From Lama glama (lineage: Eukaryota): a DNA stretch of 64,000 nt. A model generated the notes under the pieces. It saw only the letters and a program-made list of their open reading frames with translations, made no database searches and was not told the origin of the DNA. Position 1 is the stretch's first letter, and the number at the start of each line of letters is the position of its first letter. Below are positions 1 through 13,660 of this stretch, piece by piece. A program made the position numbers and the translations under genes. The stretch lies in assembly GCA_028534125.1 (NCBI GenBank), contig CM052817.1, positions 87,608,001 through 87,672,000 of the forward strand. Direction: 5' to 3'.

Positions 1-1469
1 AGTGCTCATCATAAGACAAATGTGGAGGAACATGCTATCTTAGCTTGGAAAATAGGAGATTCATGGAGAATCTTATATTTGTTTTTAAAAAGTGAGTTTC
101 AACTCAATCTTTTTGTTGTTAAACGGCAGGACTGGTAATAGTTACATGAGAGTCACTTAAGCATAATTTGAAGAACTTATTAAAAATTAGGGGAGTTTAA
201 AAATGAAAATTGATTTTCTTGTGGTAACAAGTTTAAGTATTCAAGCAGAAGCTGTATAAACATATAGCAGAAATACAACAAGGAGAATTCTTTTACGTGA
301 GGCTGGAATAAATGATTTTAGATTGATTCCTACTTTATTATTTATGCTGTAGCTTATAATTTTATGGAGGCATAACATGAAAAATTAGAATCAGTGCTTA
401 AAATATATAAAAGTTTAAATTATACTCAGGAATGTTCCATTTCTATTGGAGGTTCTGAATATTTTCAATAGAAATATATTTTTAAAAGACTGTTAGTTAA
501 TCAGTACATATTGTTGTTTGTTAATTCCATGATATTTCTTTCTATGTTTATAGATTTTTCAGTAAAGATCAACTATATATTTACATATTCATAGGAATAT
601 TTTCTTTCAAAGACTGATAAAAGCAATAGCGTTAATAACTATCATTAAACTTAAATATGGCAGAAAAATCTATCTTCAGTGTTTTCTTCACTTTTAGATA
701 CACCAGAGAGGAATGTCAATATCTGTAATTCTCAGAACCTGTATTTAAATATCTTCAGATTACTTGAGTAAATATTCTTCTTGATTTTTGCAAGGGCAAT
801 TAGTATAATTCTTCTCTCAAGTATAGACTCTGTGTTTAGAATAATAAAACTGTTTACAAATGTATATGCATATATTTTTATACATGGTTGTTTATGTGTT
901 ATATTTAGCTATAAGTTTGTGTGCACATTTTTATATTGAAGAGAGTTAAAAATATAGGAATTACTCAAGTGTATCTGAATGTCAAATCCTCCTGTATTTG
1001 AGGATGTGCTATTTTATGTGATTTTTTTAAATACGCATGTAAACCAGTAGTAATCAACCGAGATTGCTTTCAACAAGTATTTGTTTGGTATTTGCCAAGC
1101 ACTGTATTAAATTCTGGGAAAGAAATTATGCTAGATACAGTTCTCACCTATGGGTACAGGCAGCTTAGTGGAGAGAGGGAAACAGATACATAAATATCTA
1201 AATAAATGAGTTCCAATAAAGCATTAATGTGTATTTCTTCATTATTAGTATTTAACCACCCATTTCCAAATGTTAGTAGATACTTCTACTTCTCTCATCT
1301 ATTGTAATCACACCCAGTGCTTAGTTGAGTGATCTTGGTAAAGTAAAATATCTAAGAAATATTGTTGACTAAATGAACAGCTAAGTTACTAATGCAATAA
1401 GTTCGTATTCAGCAGGTCTGATAAAAAGTATTAATCAATCAAAATAAGTAAGGATATAGTTTTAATTGG

Positions 1470-1860
1470 CTAATGTATTGCAAATCGGTGGGTAGGAACA
1501 GGTGTCCAAGGATGACAGCCATGTGAAAATAGCAGAAGAACTGGGGATTCTTTACTAAAAATTAACACTAGGATAAATTAACACTAGGATAATTTCATTA
1601 AGATAAGTCTCTTTGCCCTTTTACTCTCCTAATTAGTGAGCAAGGACTTGGATTTCATGGGGGAAAAAAGAGGGAGAGGGAGAGGGAGAAGGAGAAAAGT
1701 GCGTGAAGAAAACAATAGTACTTTAAAGTTGAAATGAGGGACCTTGAGGGAAGGGGTGATCTATGGAGATTTCATTGAAGCTACAACTCCTGGGACACCA
1801 AGGAGATGGGAAAACTGAGTGTCTGAGAAAGACTGAGTTGGTTGGGAAGGAATAGAGTAC
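1470..1860. mobile_element. Probable old ERV LTR fragment (family uncertain)
   Basis: Purine-rich LTR-like composition. The motif ggggattctttactaaaa resembles MER31/MER67-type LTRs in reverse. Boundaries approximate. Confidence 0.35.
1559..1590. repeat. 16-bp perfect tandem duplication (aaattaacactaggat x2)
   Basis: Read directly from the sequence. Confidence 0.95.
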
Positions 1861-2949
1861 CATTACTCATCCTTTCAGTCCTAGAAGATTTTCAGCTCAA
1901 TATCCATCTCAAAGAATAAAATCTTTCCTTCCCCAATGTTTCACGAAAACGGTAAGAAAATATAGACATTGGGTTTTGTCTATGTTCATCTAACATTGAT
2001 TATTCTAACAATCACTGAAAAATGCTCCTATGTGGCCAGAAGTTTCCTGGAAAACTTAAGTTGCTGAGCATAATATTGTGTATTAGAATCATACAGCCAG
2101 TAAAAAAGAGAACCATCTTTATCTTGAACCACATCAGGGCTCTTTTTTTAAATAGAGAAGTTAATATTATGTGTAAGCCCACCATATATGAACAAAAAGA
2201 AACACAAATACTTTGATATGCCTGTCATTCAAACCAGGAGATGAAGATAGAAAACAGGTCTCTTACTGGGGACTTTGGGGAAAGAAAGAAGATCAAATTG
2301 TAACATAAAGTCCATTCCCCTCTCTTGCTTTCACAAAAGAATTTCTTCAGGGTTTAGGCATTCTTCCTCAGGGTAGATATGCCTGGGACAAACTGCCAAG
2401 ACAATATTCATGCCCAGAGTAATGTGGCTATGCTTGATCACATCCAAATCTCCAGAACCTAATCTAATACCAGACAGAATGGAGTTAGATTTCAGAGTAT
2501 CTCTGAAAAGCAAAATGCATTATGTCATCAGCTATGGCCACATTATGTGACTACAGTTCAATCAACTCTATAATCCTTTCTCCTGCATATGATGGGAGAA
2601 GCAGGGTGTTTCACATCGGTTCCTTTCTCTATGGTTTTCCATCACAAACAGAGGTTTTAATTAATATCAGCTCAAAAGTTTCTACTTTATAAGATATCAG
2701 AGATTAACTACCAATTAATTTAAACTTTCTTATAATTAGTTCTTTTTGACATTTGCAAGGTTTTTATTTTTGTTGTCCTACCACGGTAATTGTGCTTCAC
2801 AAATTAATGATGCATGCTCTTTTACTCATCTATCAAGGCAAGAAAATCCAAATCAAACCTGAAGACAAATTTTACATACCTGGCAAATGGATTCACTAAT
2901 AGTGTCAGAAACATTACTTGACTTTCCAAACTAAAAAACTCTCCATTGA

Positions 2950-3200
2950 TGAGGCTCTCTCTAGCTACCCCATCTGTTCTAAACTTTATAGAAAAAATGC
3001 ACAAAAAACGGTTGTCTGTACCAGTCTTCACTTTCATTCTCTCAGTTCTCTCCTCAAAATGTTTCACTACAACAAAACTGCTTTTTCCAAGGTCTTTATA
3101 CTTCCACTATGCAAATTCTGTGATCACCTTACACTTTTACTTTTCCTCAGTTTCTCAGTAGCATTTAATAGACTATCTGCAATTCCTATCCCAGTATCTT
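2950..3200 (+). mobile_element. L2 LINE fragment (ORF2 region)
   Basis: aaaactgctttttccaaggtc...cctcagtttctcagtagcatttaatagac matches the recalled L2 consensus (gaaactgctcttgccaaggtc...gacctctcagcagcatttgacac). Confidence 0.7.
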
Positions 3201-3239
3201 TGCTGACCTCTATGTTGACCTCCAATAGAAAATATGTTT

Positions 3240-4660
3240 AAACTCACTTGTGTATAGTTTAAGAAATATGACCAGATAATCAATAAATATATATTAAATG
3301 AGATTAAAAGTAAAATTGAAAAAAAAAATCCATGAGTCTGTATTTGTATCAGTCAGGATAGGCCAGATTATTCTCCATTAATAAACTACCCAAAATAGCC
3401 AATGAAAATCATCTGTCTCATATTGTCTTTATTCTCCTGTCAAGTTGATAACAACATTGCCAATTACTTCAACAGAGAGAAAATATAGCCCATTGCTCAT
3501 ACGTCTTTCGCCAAACTAAGTAATGTAGCCCTATATGAGTTCCAGGGTGTGAAAATACATTCCTCCATCAGGGAGAACTAGTAACTTTGGTGAACAGTAG
3601 TGAAATCTCCCACAATACATAAATGAACAAATGAAAACCAGTGTAACTCACTTGCAACCAGTAGAGATTATTACAATAAAATTTTTCTGAAACTTAGAAA
3701 TTAAAGAAAAAAATATCAAGAACATTTCTGCCTTTTAGGATAAACTTTACATTATCTTCATTGATGGGGAAAAACTCCTTTACAGAAAAATGCCTGCTAA
3801 TAAATAGAGAAGAATACATGCCTTTGACAGATTCAGGGAAGGATCAGCAATAAACACTAATGTGATTAGGTGAAGTTTTGGGGAAACATTGGCTCACTAC
3901 CAAAGTAAGACCACACACATTGCTTACTAAAGTTCAGGTAGAACATGGGACCTTTATGTTAGGGAGGTCTGGAGGTTAGTGTGATTAATCATAACATGGG
4001 TAGTGGGGCAACCAACAGGGTTCTCCTGTCGTGCTGCAAAATGAAGGGAGAGCATTGCCTGTGAAATATTCAGACACAGCATGTTTAACCTTATCCAGTC
4101 AAGCTTTGAGGTTTAACATTGTTTACAGGAATAAACATTTAGAGGAACACAAAATGACACCACAAAGAAACACTTAAATAAATCCAGTATTAAGTATTTT
4201 TATAAGAAAATTGGCCTGGTATTTTCAAAGAGTTAATGTTACTTAAAAAACAAACAAAAAAAGGTAAGAGGACTTTTCTACATTAACAAAGGAGACATAT
4301 GTCTGAATACATTATGTGCATCTTGATCTGATCCTCATTAGAATTAAACAGCTATAAAACATTATTTTGGAAACAACTGAGATTTTGAATATAGGTTTGA
4401 TATTAATGATACTATGAAATGTTTGTTCATTTTCTTTTGTAGTTTATTATGATCAGATAAGTAAATGTCCTGATTATTAAAAGAAGCACATATTGAAGTA
4501 TTTATGGGTGAAGTTACATGTTTGTAACAAGCTTTCAAATGATTCAAAATAAAAAATAAGGCAAAGTGATTCTTGAATTTACGTGGTTGGTGTTTGAATG
4601 TTCATTGTACTATTTTATTACCACCTTTATATTTGTTTAAAATTTTTCCCCATAAAAAGT
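3240..4660 (+). mobile_element. Old L1 (L1MC4/5-like) 3' end, interrupted by MLT1
   Basis: ctcctttacagaaaaatgcctgctaataaatag and terminal gttcattgtactattttatt...aaatttttccccataaaaagt resemble L1MC/ME 3' UTRs. Confidence 0.65.
3345..3614 (-). mobile_element. MLT1 (ERVL-MaLR) LTR, internally deleted, inserted in an old L1 3' end
   Basis: Starts tgtatcagtcaggataggc and ends ttggtgaacagtagtgaaatctcccaca. TG...CA termini typical of MLT1J/K-like LTRs. Confidence 0.7.
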
Positions 4661-4664
4661 AAAG

Positions 4665-5170
4665 AACAGACTACAACGAGATTTCATTTCTCCTCGTAAT
4701 ATTTGCAGAGCTTTGAAATCTGATCTTGTGCAGTAGTGGTAAGAGTATGGCAACCAAGCAGTTCAATGGGGGACCAATCCTGCACCCATTATATACATTA
4801 ATGGTTGGACTATAAATTTTATTGAAAAGTAACACCAAAATTTAGCAAAAGACTATATAAGAATGTTCATTTCTGCTTAACTTATAATATCAAATAATTG
4901 GAAATTACTGAAAGGATGTTTGAATGCATCATGATACACCCATATAATAGATACGGAAAAATACACATTTTGTTACTAAGTGAAAAAAGTGCATTGCTGA
5001 CCATACCTTCATTGTGATACTAAGCAAGGGAGAGCTAGTATGTACTGAATGGAGTTCTTAGAAAGAAAATGAGATTTTTTTTTTAAATTTAACTTTATAC
5101 CTTTCTATATTCTCAGAAAAAGTTAGACATGAACAAGTAACTATTATCAAGTACCATTTTTCAATAATAA
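4665..5170 (+). mobile_element. Degenerate L1M fragment (ORF2 3' end/3' UTR)
   Basis: actacaacgagatttcatttctc and aagaatgttcatttctgc resemble the L1 ORF2 C-terminal region. Confidence 0.5.
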
Positions 5171-5965
5171 AAACGATCGAGACACACATGTCTACTCAAG
5201 TATTGAAACTAGAAATGACGTTAGAATTACCTTCAATGTATTATTTTTTAATTTAAAACAAAATGATAATGGCAATAAAAGCTGAACCCATGTTTATATG
5301 CCTAAAATCAGAGCTGAGGCAGTTTTTTTCAGAATTAGGACAGGAATCCAGACCCCACGATGCCAAGCTTTTCTTGTCACATGTGATGTCCCATCTGTAT
5401 GTTATCTAACTTCATGGGTAACTACAAAATAAATTCGAAGATAGAATGTTTTGTCAACATTACTTAAAAAATTGGACATTCTGATTTGGAATATGCCTAC
5501 TAAAAATAAATAATTTTTGGTGTAGCATGATATTTTAGTGCCTCTACTAAGTATCCAAGTGAAATCTTATTTATTATGTTGAATGACATTTTTAAAATTC
5601 TTAGATCCTACTTTAAATAAGTAAAAGTTAAATGTGTTTTTAAAGTATTTTTCCCCAAATGCTTTGAATGTTACATATTTATAGCATTGAAAAGGTTTTA
5701 AAAATTTAATTTTCTACATTCCAATAAGCACAACATACTTAGTTGATAAAAACATCATGCTGTTGTGTGTGAGGGTAGGGGTGGGGAATCGGGGAATCAT
5801 TATCGCCTCAGTCTTTCATTATTTTAGACATCAAAGCACCTAAAGTACATTCCTCAGGGGGGTCTATATCAGCCAGAATATTCTCCATTCCTCCTCCCCA
5901 TACTCCCTTAATCCTTCCCATTGAAGGAAATATTCTTTTTTTTTTTTCAGCAGCTTGTTTCCAGT

Positions 5966-6087
5966 ATTTTATTTTATTTTATTTTATTTTATTTTATTTT
6001 ATTTTATCTTATCTTACTTTATTTTATTTTTTTTTTTTATTGAAGTAAAGTCATTTACAATGTGTCAATTTCTGGTGTACAGCATTA
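5966..6087 (-). mobile_element. Young camelid-type L1 3' terminus with (ATTTT)n/poly-T tail, truncated by the gap
   Basis: tttattgaagtaaagtcatttacaatgtgtcaatttctggtgtacagca is the reverse complement of the same 3' end seen near 36760-36810. Preceded by an (ATTTT)n microsatellite. Confidence 0.85.
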
Positions 6088-6187
6088 NNNNNNNNNNNNN
6101 NNNNNNNNNNNNNNNNNNNNNNNNNNNNNNNNNNNNNNNNNNNNNNNNNNNNNNNNNNNNNNNNNNNNNNNNNNNNNNNNNNNNNNN
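6088..6187. other. Assembly gap (100 N)
   Basis: Run of exactly 100 N, usually a placeholder for a gap of unknown size. Confidence 0.99.
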
Positions 6188-6565
6188 AATATATAATAAT
6201 GTATTAGTTTCAGGTGTACAACATAGTATTCGATATTTTTATGGGTTATACTCCATTTAAAGTTATTGCCTAAAATGGTTATATTTCCCTGTGCTGTACA
6301 AAATATCCTTGTTGCTTATTTATTTTATATATAGTAGTTTGTGTCTCTTAATTCCATACTCCTATCTTGGCCCTCCCTCCTTTCCTCTTCCCACTGGCAA
6401 CCACTAGTTTGTTTTCTATAGCTGTGAGTCTGTTTGTTTTCTTATACATTTGTTTTATTTTTTTAGATTCCACACATAAATGATAAAGAATATTTGTCCT
6501 TCTTTGTCTGACTTATTCCACTAAGCATAATACTCTCTAGGTCCATTCATGTTATTGCAAATGGA
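6188..6565 (-). mobile_element. L1 3' end (older cetartiodactyl L1-type), 5'-truncated
   Basis: gtattagtttcaggtgtacaacatag...ccactagtttgttttctata...tttagattccacacataaatgat...ggtccattcatgttattgcaaatgg. Confidence 0.85.
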
Positions 6566-9039
6566 TTTGTAATTTATATAAATAGCAGAAAGAGCCTGTT
6601 TCTTACCCTCCAGGGCTACCAGAAATCCTCTGCATCTGACTCTGTGAAGTTGGCTAGGATTCTGACAGGCCCAGCCAGGTCTCTTTCCCTCTCTGGTGTT
6701 CTCTGCTCTGCTACATTTATTAGCTGCTACAATCCTCTATGCAGCCTTTTGGGTAAATGTCTGCTACCCAGACCCAAGTTTTGTAACAAGAGAATTCTAT
6801 AATTTAGACTCCATTGGATTTGGTGGGTGGGTGTTTGAGGGGGTAAATAGAAGAAAGATTCATTTTTCTGTGGAATCAAAACTGTATTCTCCAAGGTTCA
6901 TATACAGGCAACTCTTATACTTTAAGTGCTATTGTGCTTTTATATGGTGTGTTAATAACTATGTTTTGTTCAAGAGTCCACCTGGTATTCATTTTTATTT
7001 TGTGAGAAAGCTAAGAGGAGAAGGGGGATCAATTTTGCACCCATTTAAAATAGTCATATAATACTGACTTTACATATCTGAATCTTCACCCTTCATTAAC
7101 TTTGCTCCATCCTGAATATTAAGAAAACAAGTTTTAAAACTTAGTATTCATTAATTGAATGAGAAATATAACATTGAGAGAGTAATTTTTTACTATTAAA
7201 AGTTAAAAAATGTGTTCTGAAGATGCCATTTTGATTTGTTGGATTGAGGAAGGGGATAAAAAGCAATATATTCTGAGTGATAGTCAAATATGATTATTTT
7301 CAAAATTGTACCCACTTGTTCCTTGGAATTTTTTTTTTTTTATCCAAAGAGAAAAAAGACAAACAAGAAAATAGGATATCCTTACAATTTTCACTTCAAA
7401 TATTTACATACATACTAACATTTATTGTCTGCTAGCTTAAAATATAGAAACGCTTCTAAAACACCAAATCATGATTGGTTCCGTTCCTTTTATGCTAAGG
7501 TAACTGTCAGAGTATAAGAACTGAAGCTGGCAACCAAGTTGTATAGTAGTGGGACAGCTGTTTCAGGTAACACGCTTTCCAGATTAACTGGAGTCTGGAG
7601 ATGATATCCTCAGAATATACTAAAAAGAAGGAAAAGCTCAAAGAATCATAAAGTTCAATCAAGTGATTGGCCTATCACTAGCAAACCATAAGGGACCATA
7701 TATCATGAATTCCTAGGTGCTAACTTTATTAGTTTTATTGACTGTAAAAAAAATATTTTCCTTCATTTAGACTCCTTTGTATTTTAATGTTATCTTTTCA
7801 AAATGTTTTATGTGATTTTGTAAACCACATCACATCTTTTGTGAAATGAAGTATGTTTCCAGTTTTAAAAAGCTTAACTTACTTTCATTTGAGCTTTTTA
7901 TTCTTTATGCAACAAAACTAGTACTTCATAATTCAATCAAATTTACTCTGCAAAACTGCTTATGTACTTATTGTTAAAACATTTTTCTCTAGAATTGATC
8001 ATTTTATAGGTACCTATAGTTGATATACTCAGCAGTATGGATGGATTTTGGGGGAGGTGTAGAAAATACTTATTTTAGTATGCAAATAGTATCAATCTAT
8101 TACTCAACCAGTAGTATAATTATTTTCAATTTTTAAAGTGGTTTTAGTGATTTTTTTCACTTAAGATTTTATTTAGCAGTATTTTCCCAGAAAGAGGAGC
8201 AGAATAAAATACATTAATTTGAATATCACAAAACCAGGTAAAATAACTTATCCTCATTACATAAAAACCCTGATCGTAATACAGTTGATAGAGAATTACA
8301 GCAGATAAAGAAGCTAGAAATTTTTGTTTTATAAGAAGTTTGTTATAAATTTCCTTTGTTACTAGAAGATTCTAAATCAGAGTTTCAGAAACATAACTCT
8401 GTGGACTTATTTTTCCACTTATCTTCCATAGAAATACCTCAATAACATGTGAATCTGCGAGATGCTCCAGAATGAAGATCAACGTTTAAGCCACTCTTTC
8501 TACAAATTTAATACCAATTCAATTTGATATTTAACTTAAGTATTTGTCTCCATGCAACCTTCCATTTTTGACTAATTAGTTTAAAGTCTTTGAACTAAGT
8601 TGAATGTCTTACTTGGAGCCAAACTACTCTAAAAAAGTTAGTTTCCAAGGAAATAGCGTTACTGTGTTACTAATGTTTGAAAAAAAAAACAAACCCAAAA
8701 CTTTCAGAGTATGAAAAAATTTCATCACTAAATATGCCTTTTGAATAATTTTACAGATCTGCAGTAATAATTCTCTGTAGAACAGTCTCTATGGTGCTGA
8801 GGCTCAGACTTCTGAGGATATGGTGTCATCCAAGTGTTGGCTAAGTGGTAATTCTTATAAATGTAAATATGATACTTCAGTTTTTCCTTTTATTTTATCA
8901 GTGGACTATTGACTGTCTCCTTCTTACACTTTTTAAATTGGGCACATTTTATTATTCTTGTTTCTTTGTATGGTTATCTTTATTCTTTATTAGTTTAAAT
9001 GTAATTCTTTGACCCCCATTCAAAACTGAGAGGACGTGA

Positions 9040-9510
9040 TGATCCTGGGAGTGAAAAACTGACTTCAGGACTGAATACTGATTGCTACTGCAGGGACCAC
9101 ACTGAGAAGCAGTGGGAGGAAGAAACGCTCTTCTTCCTTTGTTTTGCTTCCATTTTCTGAAAGGCGTATACTGGTGAAATCTACCAGAAAGTCAGTGCTC
9201 CACTGTTACCCAGGAAAATAGAGACCGTGCATAATAACCGCCATAGGCCATCCCCTGCTATCCAGTGTCCACACACACCCTTGTGAGCATATTCATACCG
9301 CCATCTGACAATGACTTCATGCTTCAAACAAGGTGCAATGTCCCACTGACAAGTGAAAACACCCATCACCCTCAAAAGATAAGGTCTCCATCTCTGTGTG
9401 ACATTAATTCAGTCATAATCCCAACAGATCTCTACCAGGCTCTTGGAAAAGGCCACCAGTTCTCACGTTAAACCCATAAGGTCTAACAGCTTAGTCAACC
9501 TCTGGACACA
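9040..9510. mobile_element. Possible old LTR/ERVL remnant (GC-richer island)
   Basis: GC and CpG content rise above the flanks, with a loose LTR-like character. Family not recognised. Confidence 0.3.
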
Positions 9511-10495
9511 CAGAACCATGTCTAATGACTATTTATCCACCTGTCTGTCCACTCACCCTGCTTTCTATTACTCTCCTCCTCCATTGCTCTGTGACTCTTT
9601 GACTTTCTCACTCTCTGGCTCTCTTTTTCATTAGAAAATCTAAGTACTTTATGAATTGATGGATATAAGTTAAGGGAAGAAACAATCCATGTCTATATTA
9701 GTGAATGAAAAAAAAGGTGACAAAAGTCTGTAGATTTCATTAGAAACATTAGACCCAATGTCAGGGATTCAGCAACAAATTCCTTGGCATTTTAGATATT
9801 TTGTAGGTATTTGACTTTTATAATTTTGGCAGGGCTTACAAAACATGTTCAATAAATACATTTCTAACTACATTATCATTTTCTTTTATGATTATGAGGC
9901 AAGGCATAATTGAAGAAGGTAATGGAATTATAAAGGCAAAATAAGAGATATTAAATAATATCACTGTCTAAGTTTCTGCTTTTTTTACAGTTAAATCATA
10001 GAGTTTTTGAGAAAACTGAATAACATAATGTATATAAAATGAAAGATCCTCCTTCAAACCAGCAGACTCATTAATATAACTTCTATATTCCTAAAAAGTC
10101 ACATTGAAGTCATAGAAAATATATAAAGAAGAAAAAAGTAAAAAAATGAATAAAACTACAAAACAGAAAAATAAGAAAATGCAAAAAACTTTGGAGAAAT
10201 TCCCAGAAGGAAGCAGATGGTAGTTGATCCAATTACATTAATTAGTTTTTATAATGGATAATGTTTATATGATCATACTACTATAAATGGTATTTATCAA
10301 TGTTTAACTTTTAGAAGTAACATATAGAAAAATCCTGAAAAACTTAGTAATAACTAGAGAAAATAATCTAAATATTCTGACCTAAACTTAAAAAGTAAAA
10401 ACAAAATAATACAATTGACACACAAGAGAGAAAGGACAATTAACTATCCAAGTGTTCTCTTCTTATCTTTGAGGGTCAATATGCCTAACATTTAT

Positions 10496-10550
10496 ATAAA
10501 TAAAGACATGAATGTATAAGATAAATAAATAAAGACATGAATGTATAAGA
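10496..10550. repeat. Tandem duplication of 26 bp (ataaataaagacatgaatgtataaga), period 29
   Basis: Identical copies at 10496-10521 and 10525-10550. Confidence 0.95.
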
Positions 10551-10739
10551 ATTACACTTAGACTAATAAAAATAACTATTTAAAAAACAAAAATTACGAA
10601 GTGTGCCAAAACATAAAAGTAAGAGGAAGAGGCAGTCAATAATACAAATAAGGGAAAAATCTGAAGTATCATATTTGCACTTATAAGAATTACCACTTAA
10701 TTAAAAGGAAGTGTTTAATTTGAAACAACTTGTCACCTA

Positions 10740-11065
10740 TTCTTTGCTTCTCAACTTTGACATGTTTGACAGATATGGTAAATTACTAAGCAGAATGCCT
10801 TTCAATTGAAATTTGTTTGATGTATTCTCATGTTTAGATTCAGATTGCACTTCTGGCAGTATTTCCAAGAAATTATATTACATCATCATTTCAGGAAGCA
10901 CAAAGTGTCAGATCTGTGCACAAATTGTTGTAATATTAATGATGTTAATTTTAATCACTTATCTAGTATGATACATGTTAGGTGTCTTCACTGTCTAATT
11001 ATTCTTTCCCTGCTATAATTAATTAGTAATGTGTTGGTGGATGGGGGGATACTTTGAGTATATGC
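10740..11065 (-). mobile_element. L1MC4/5-like 3' UTR fragment
   Basis: gcagaatgcctttcaattg...tttagattcagattg...atgatgttaattttaatcactt resembles L1MC in reverse orientation. Confidence 0.6.
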
Positions 11066-11069
11066 ACCA

Positions 11070-11390
11070 CAGATTGGATAATAACAATGCATCAACTTTA
11101 AATTTGGGGGCTTTCATAGTTGTATCTCATATATAAGAATATGCTTATTATTAGAAAATACGTATGAAGTAATGAGAAGTAAAGGTGCACACTATCCCCA
11201 AGTCAATCCCAAATAGTTCAGAAAAAAATAGTATGTGTATGTACATTTGTGTATGTGTATAAATTCATAGAGACAAAGACAAAATTAATATTGAAAGGGT
11301 GAGAATTAGTGAGTCTGGGCGAAGGTAACTGGGAGCTCCTTATACCATTCTTGCATTTCCCTTGTAAGTTTGAAAATAAACAAAATAAAA
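11070..11390 (+). mobile_element. L1MC/MD-like 3' end
   Basis: gtgagtctgggcgaaggtaactgggagctcctttataccattcttgcatttcccttgtaagtttgaaaataaac. Confidence 0.7.
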
Positions 11391-11797
11391 GGAAATCGTT
11401 TAGTCTAAGGAAAATTAGCTCTATATTTTCTCTTGTTTTCCATAGGCAAAACAATTTAATAATAATAAATTAAGCATTTAGCTCAGCACTTAGCACATGG
11501 TGAGGACTTGAGTCATCTATGAATAGTATGGTAGTGATTAAAAGGAGAACAAGAGGAAACACTTGCTCTTTACAGTTGCTAAATGGAAACTTTACACAGG
11601 GGTTTGCACAGTAGTGGTTGCCCTGTCACCCTCAGTCTGTCTGATCTACTGCAAACCTTTTAGCTGATATCATGCCACAGGTCACATGGCAGGAACATAA
11701 AGACACTATCATTGTGTATGACAATGACCTATGGAGTATCTGAAAGAGTGCCAGGAAAGGTCCAAATCACTTGACAAAGTGATGATATTTCAAAATC

Positions 11798-11842
11798 AAT
11801 TCCTTCTGGTAGATTTACTTCCAGTAGATTTCCTTCTGGTAA
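11798..11842. repeat. 15-bp imperfect tandem repeat x3
   Basis: aattccttctggtag / atttacttccagtag / atttccttctggtaa. Confidence 0.85.
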
Positions 11843-12899
11843 TTGAAGATAATATGCCAAAGGACAGTCACATTTGTTTCCTTTTTTGAGGTGTGTGCTT
11901 AGTGGATGAAGTTTGGAAAACACAGGACTTTTCAAATGCGTAGATGTTCATTTCCTTATTCCAAGCAAAAGTCACTGAACATTCATATTTAATAAAGATA
12001 AACACAGAGAGAACTAGGTTAAAAGGAGGTGTGCCATTTTTAGAGCCTGTTATCTGTTTTAGACTAGACTGAGCAAGGTCACATGGGTGGGACAGAAGTA
12101 AGACACAAGTGAAACTTGGTATTAACTTGAGATTAGTTATCTTTGCTTTATCAAATGCAAAAGGAAAAGAAACAAAAAGAGAGGAAAGTATGTCTAAAAT
12201 GAACAGAAATTGTAAAGTTAAACAAATTCCCGTTTCTATGAAAATCCATTTGTTTTCAGATTGAATTTAGTTTCCTATGGAATTCTTCATAATAGGCATA
12301 ATGTAAGTAAATAAATTTTTATTGCTTTCTTCAGAAACATTTAAGAATTATACACTACCTAAATATTTTCTCCCTTAAAATGTGACTTGAGAAATTTTTC
12401 TCTGGTCTATGGTAATAATGTCAGTGTTCAAAGCACTTTAGAAATCACTCTAGGAATGTTTTCCAGGCTTCAACATTTGACTGTCTGTTATGTTTGAGTG
12501 ATGTTTAAATTTTGTAAATAATACCAATGTACTGAATGCTAAGTTTAGTGTCTATGGTATGAGTGATAGTGAATAAAACAGAGAATAAAAGCAAATAATA
12601 TAATTTGAGATGATGAAACATTATGAAAATATGTGTCAAGACTGAATTTCTTGTTTATCTTATCTGTTGAGACTGAAAAACAAAAAAGGAGGTCCTAATT
12701 TATTTTTAATAAAAGTTTTTGGAACAAATGTATTTTATTGCAAGTTTCTGCATTGAATTAAGGGTGCTCAATAGAATATGTGGTATAACTTAGTAAATAT
12801 GTGAACAAAACACTTTTTGACATCCTATGGTCATCCAATTAACTCATTTATACACTCAACAGTCATATATCATACCTACACACAGCAGACCCTATACTA

Positions 12900-13090
12900 G
12901 TGGTGATTAACCTTTATCTATTGCTTTTTACTTTATGTCAAACACTGTTTTAGGTGCCTGTTCCTTTACACACATGGAAACTAAGCTTTAGTTAAGTGAC
13001 TTGTCCAAGGTAACACAACTAGAAGTGATACAAAACAGGTTGCAGTTTGATTCCAGAGTTGAATTCACTTGAACACTACTCTATATTTCC
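12900..13090 (-). mobile_element. MIR SINE fragment
   Basis: ggaaactaagc...gttaagtgacttgtccaaggtaacacaactagaagtg is the MIR core in reverse. Confidence 0.7.
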
Positions 13091-13249
13091 CAGGATTTGA
13101 TATATTCCCTCAAACTCACTGTACTGTGACTAAGAATAAAATTATAAGACAATCTTGAAAATAAGCAAAATCTGTACTAGTATGCAAATACGAATTTTTT
13201 TTTCCCAGAAGCACAAAGGAAGAAGTAAATTAGGAACAGAATACTATAG

Positions 13250-13450
13250 AAGTGTAGTACTCACAGAGCCATATCTGAATTCAACCCTCCATCTACCACT
13301 AACTTGATAAGAAATTTTGAGCAATTGCTTAGCATTTCTAAGCCTCAGTTTTGTTATATCTAATGTGAGAATATTAATAATAATCTCTACGACCTGGAAC
13401 TGTTTTGGAGATTAAATAAAATACTGTACAAGGCCAAAGCAGTAGGAGGT
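13250..13450 (+). mobile_element. MIR SINE fragment
   Basis: gcaattgcttagcatttctaagcctcagttttgttatatctaatgtgagaatattaataa...ggagattaaat. Confidence 0.75.
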
Positions 13451-13660
13451 ACTAGTGGATATTGGATTATTTTAGAGATTTTAAACAATCCAAGACTTCA
13501 CACACCTTCTCCAATTAAAAGGGGACAGAAGGAAGCAGATGGAGAAGAAAGTGACAGGTGTGTTAGCAGTAAAGCTGCTGCTGGAGATTGTGGCTTCTCT
13601 TGTGAGCCAATTGCTCCCTAATACTGATTTCCAGAATGAAACAGTCTTAACCTCCATATT

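Noticed and set aside
1896..1957. Plus-strand AG...G|gtaaga exon-like segment
   Set aside because: It is next to an LTR remnant, and there is no partner exon or recognisable peptide.
5955..6260. 101-aa ORF rich in F/Y/I/L
   Set aside because: It is a translation of an (ATTTT)n microsatellite and an N gap.
6696..7061. 121-aa ORF with a hydrophobic N-terminus
   Set aside because: GTG start, no recognisable domain and no convincing splice context.
8781..8853. Plus-strand exon-like segment (NSLYGAEAQTSEDMVSSKCWLS)
   Set aside because: Modest splice sites and no homology. Such pseudo-exons are common in long introns.
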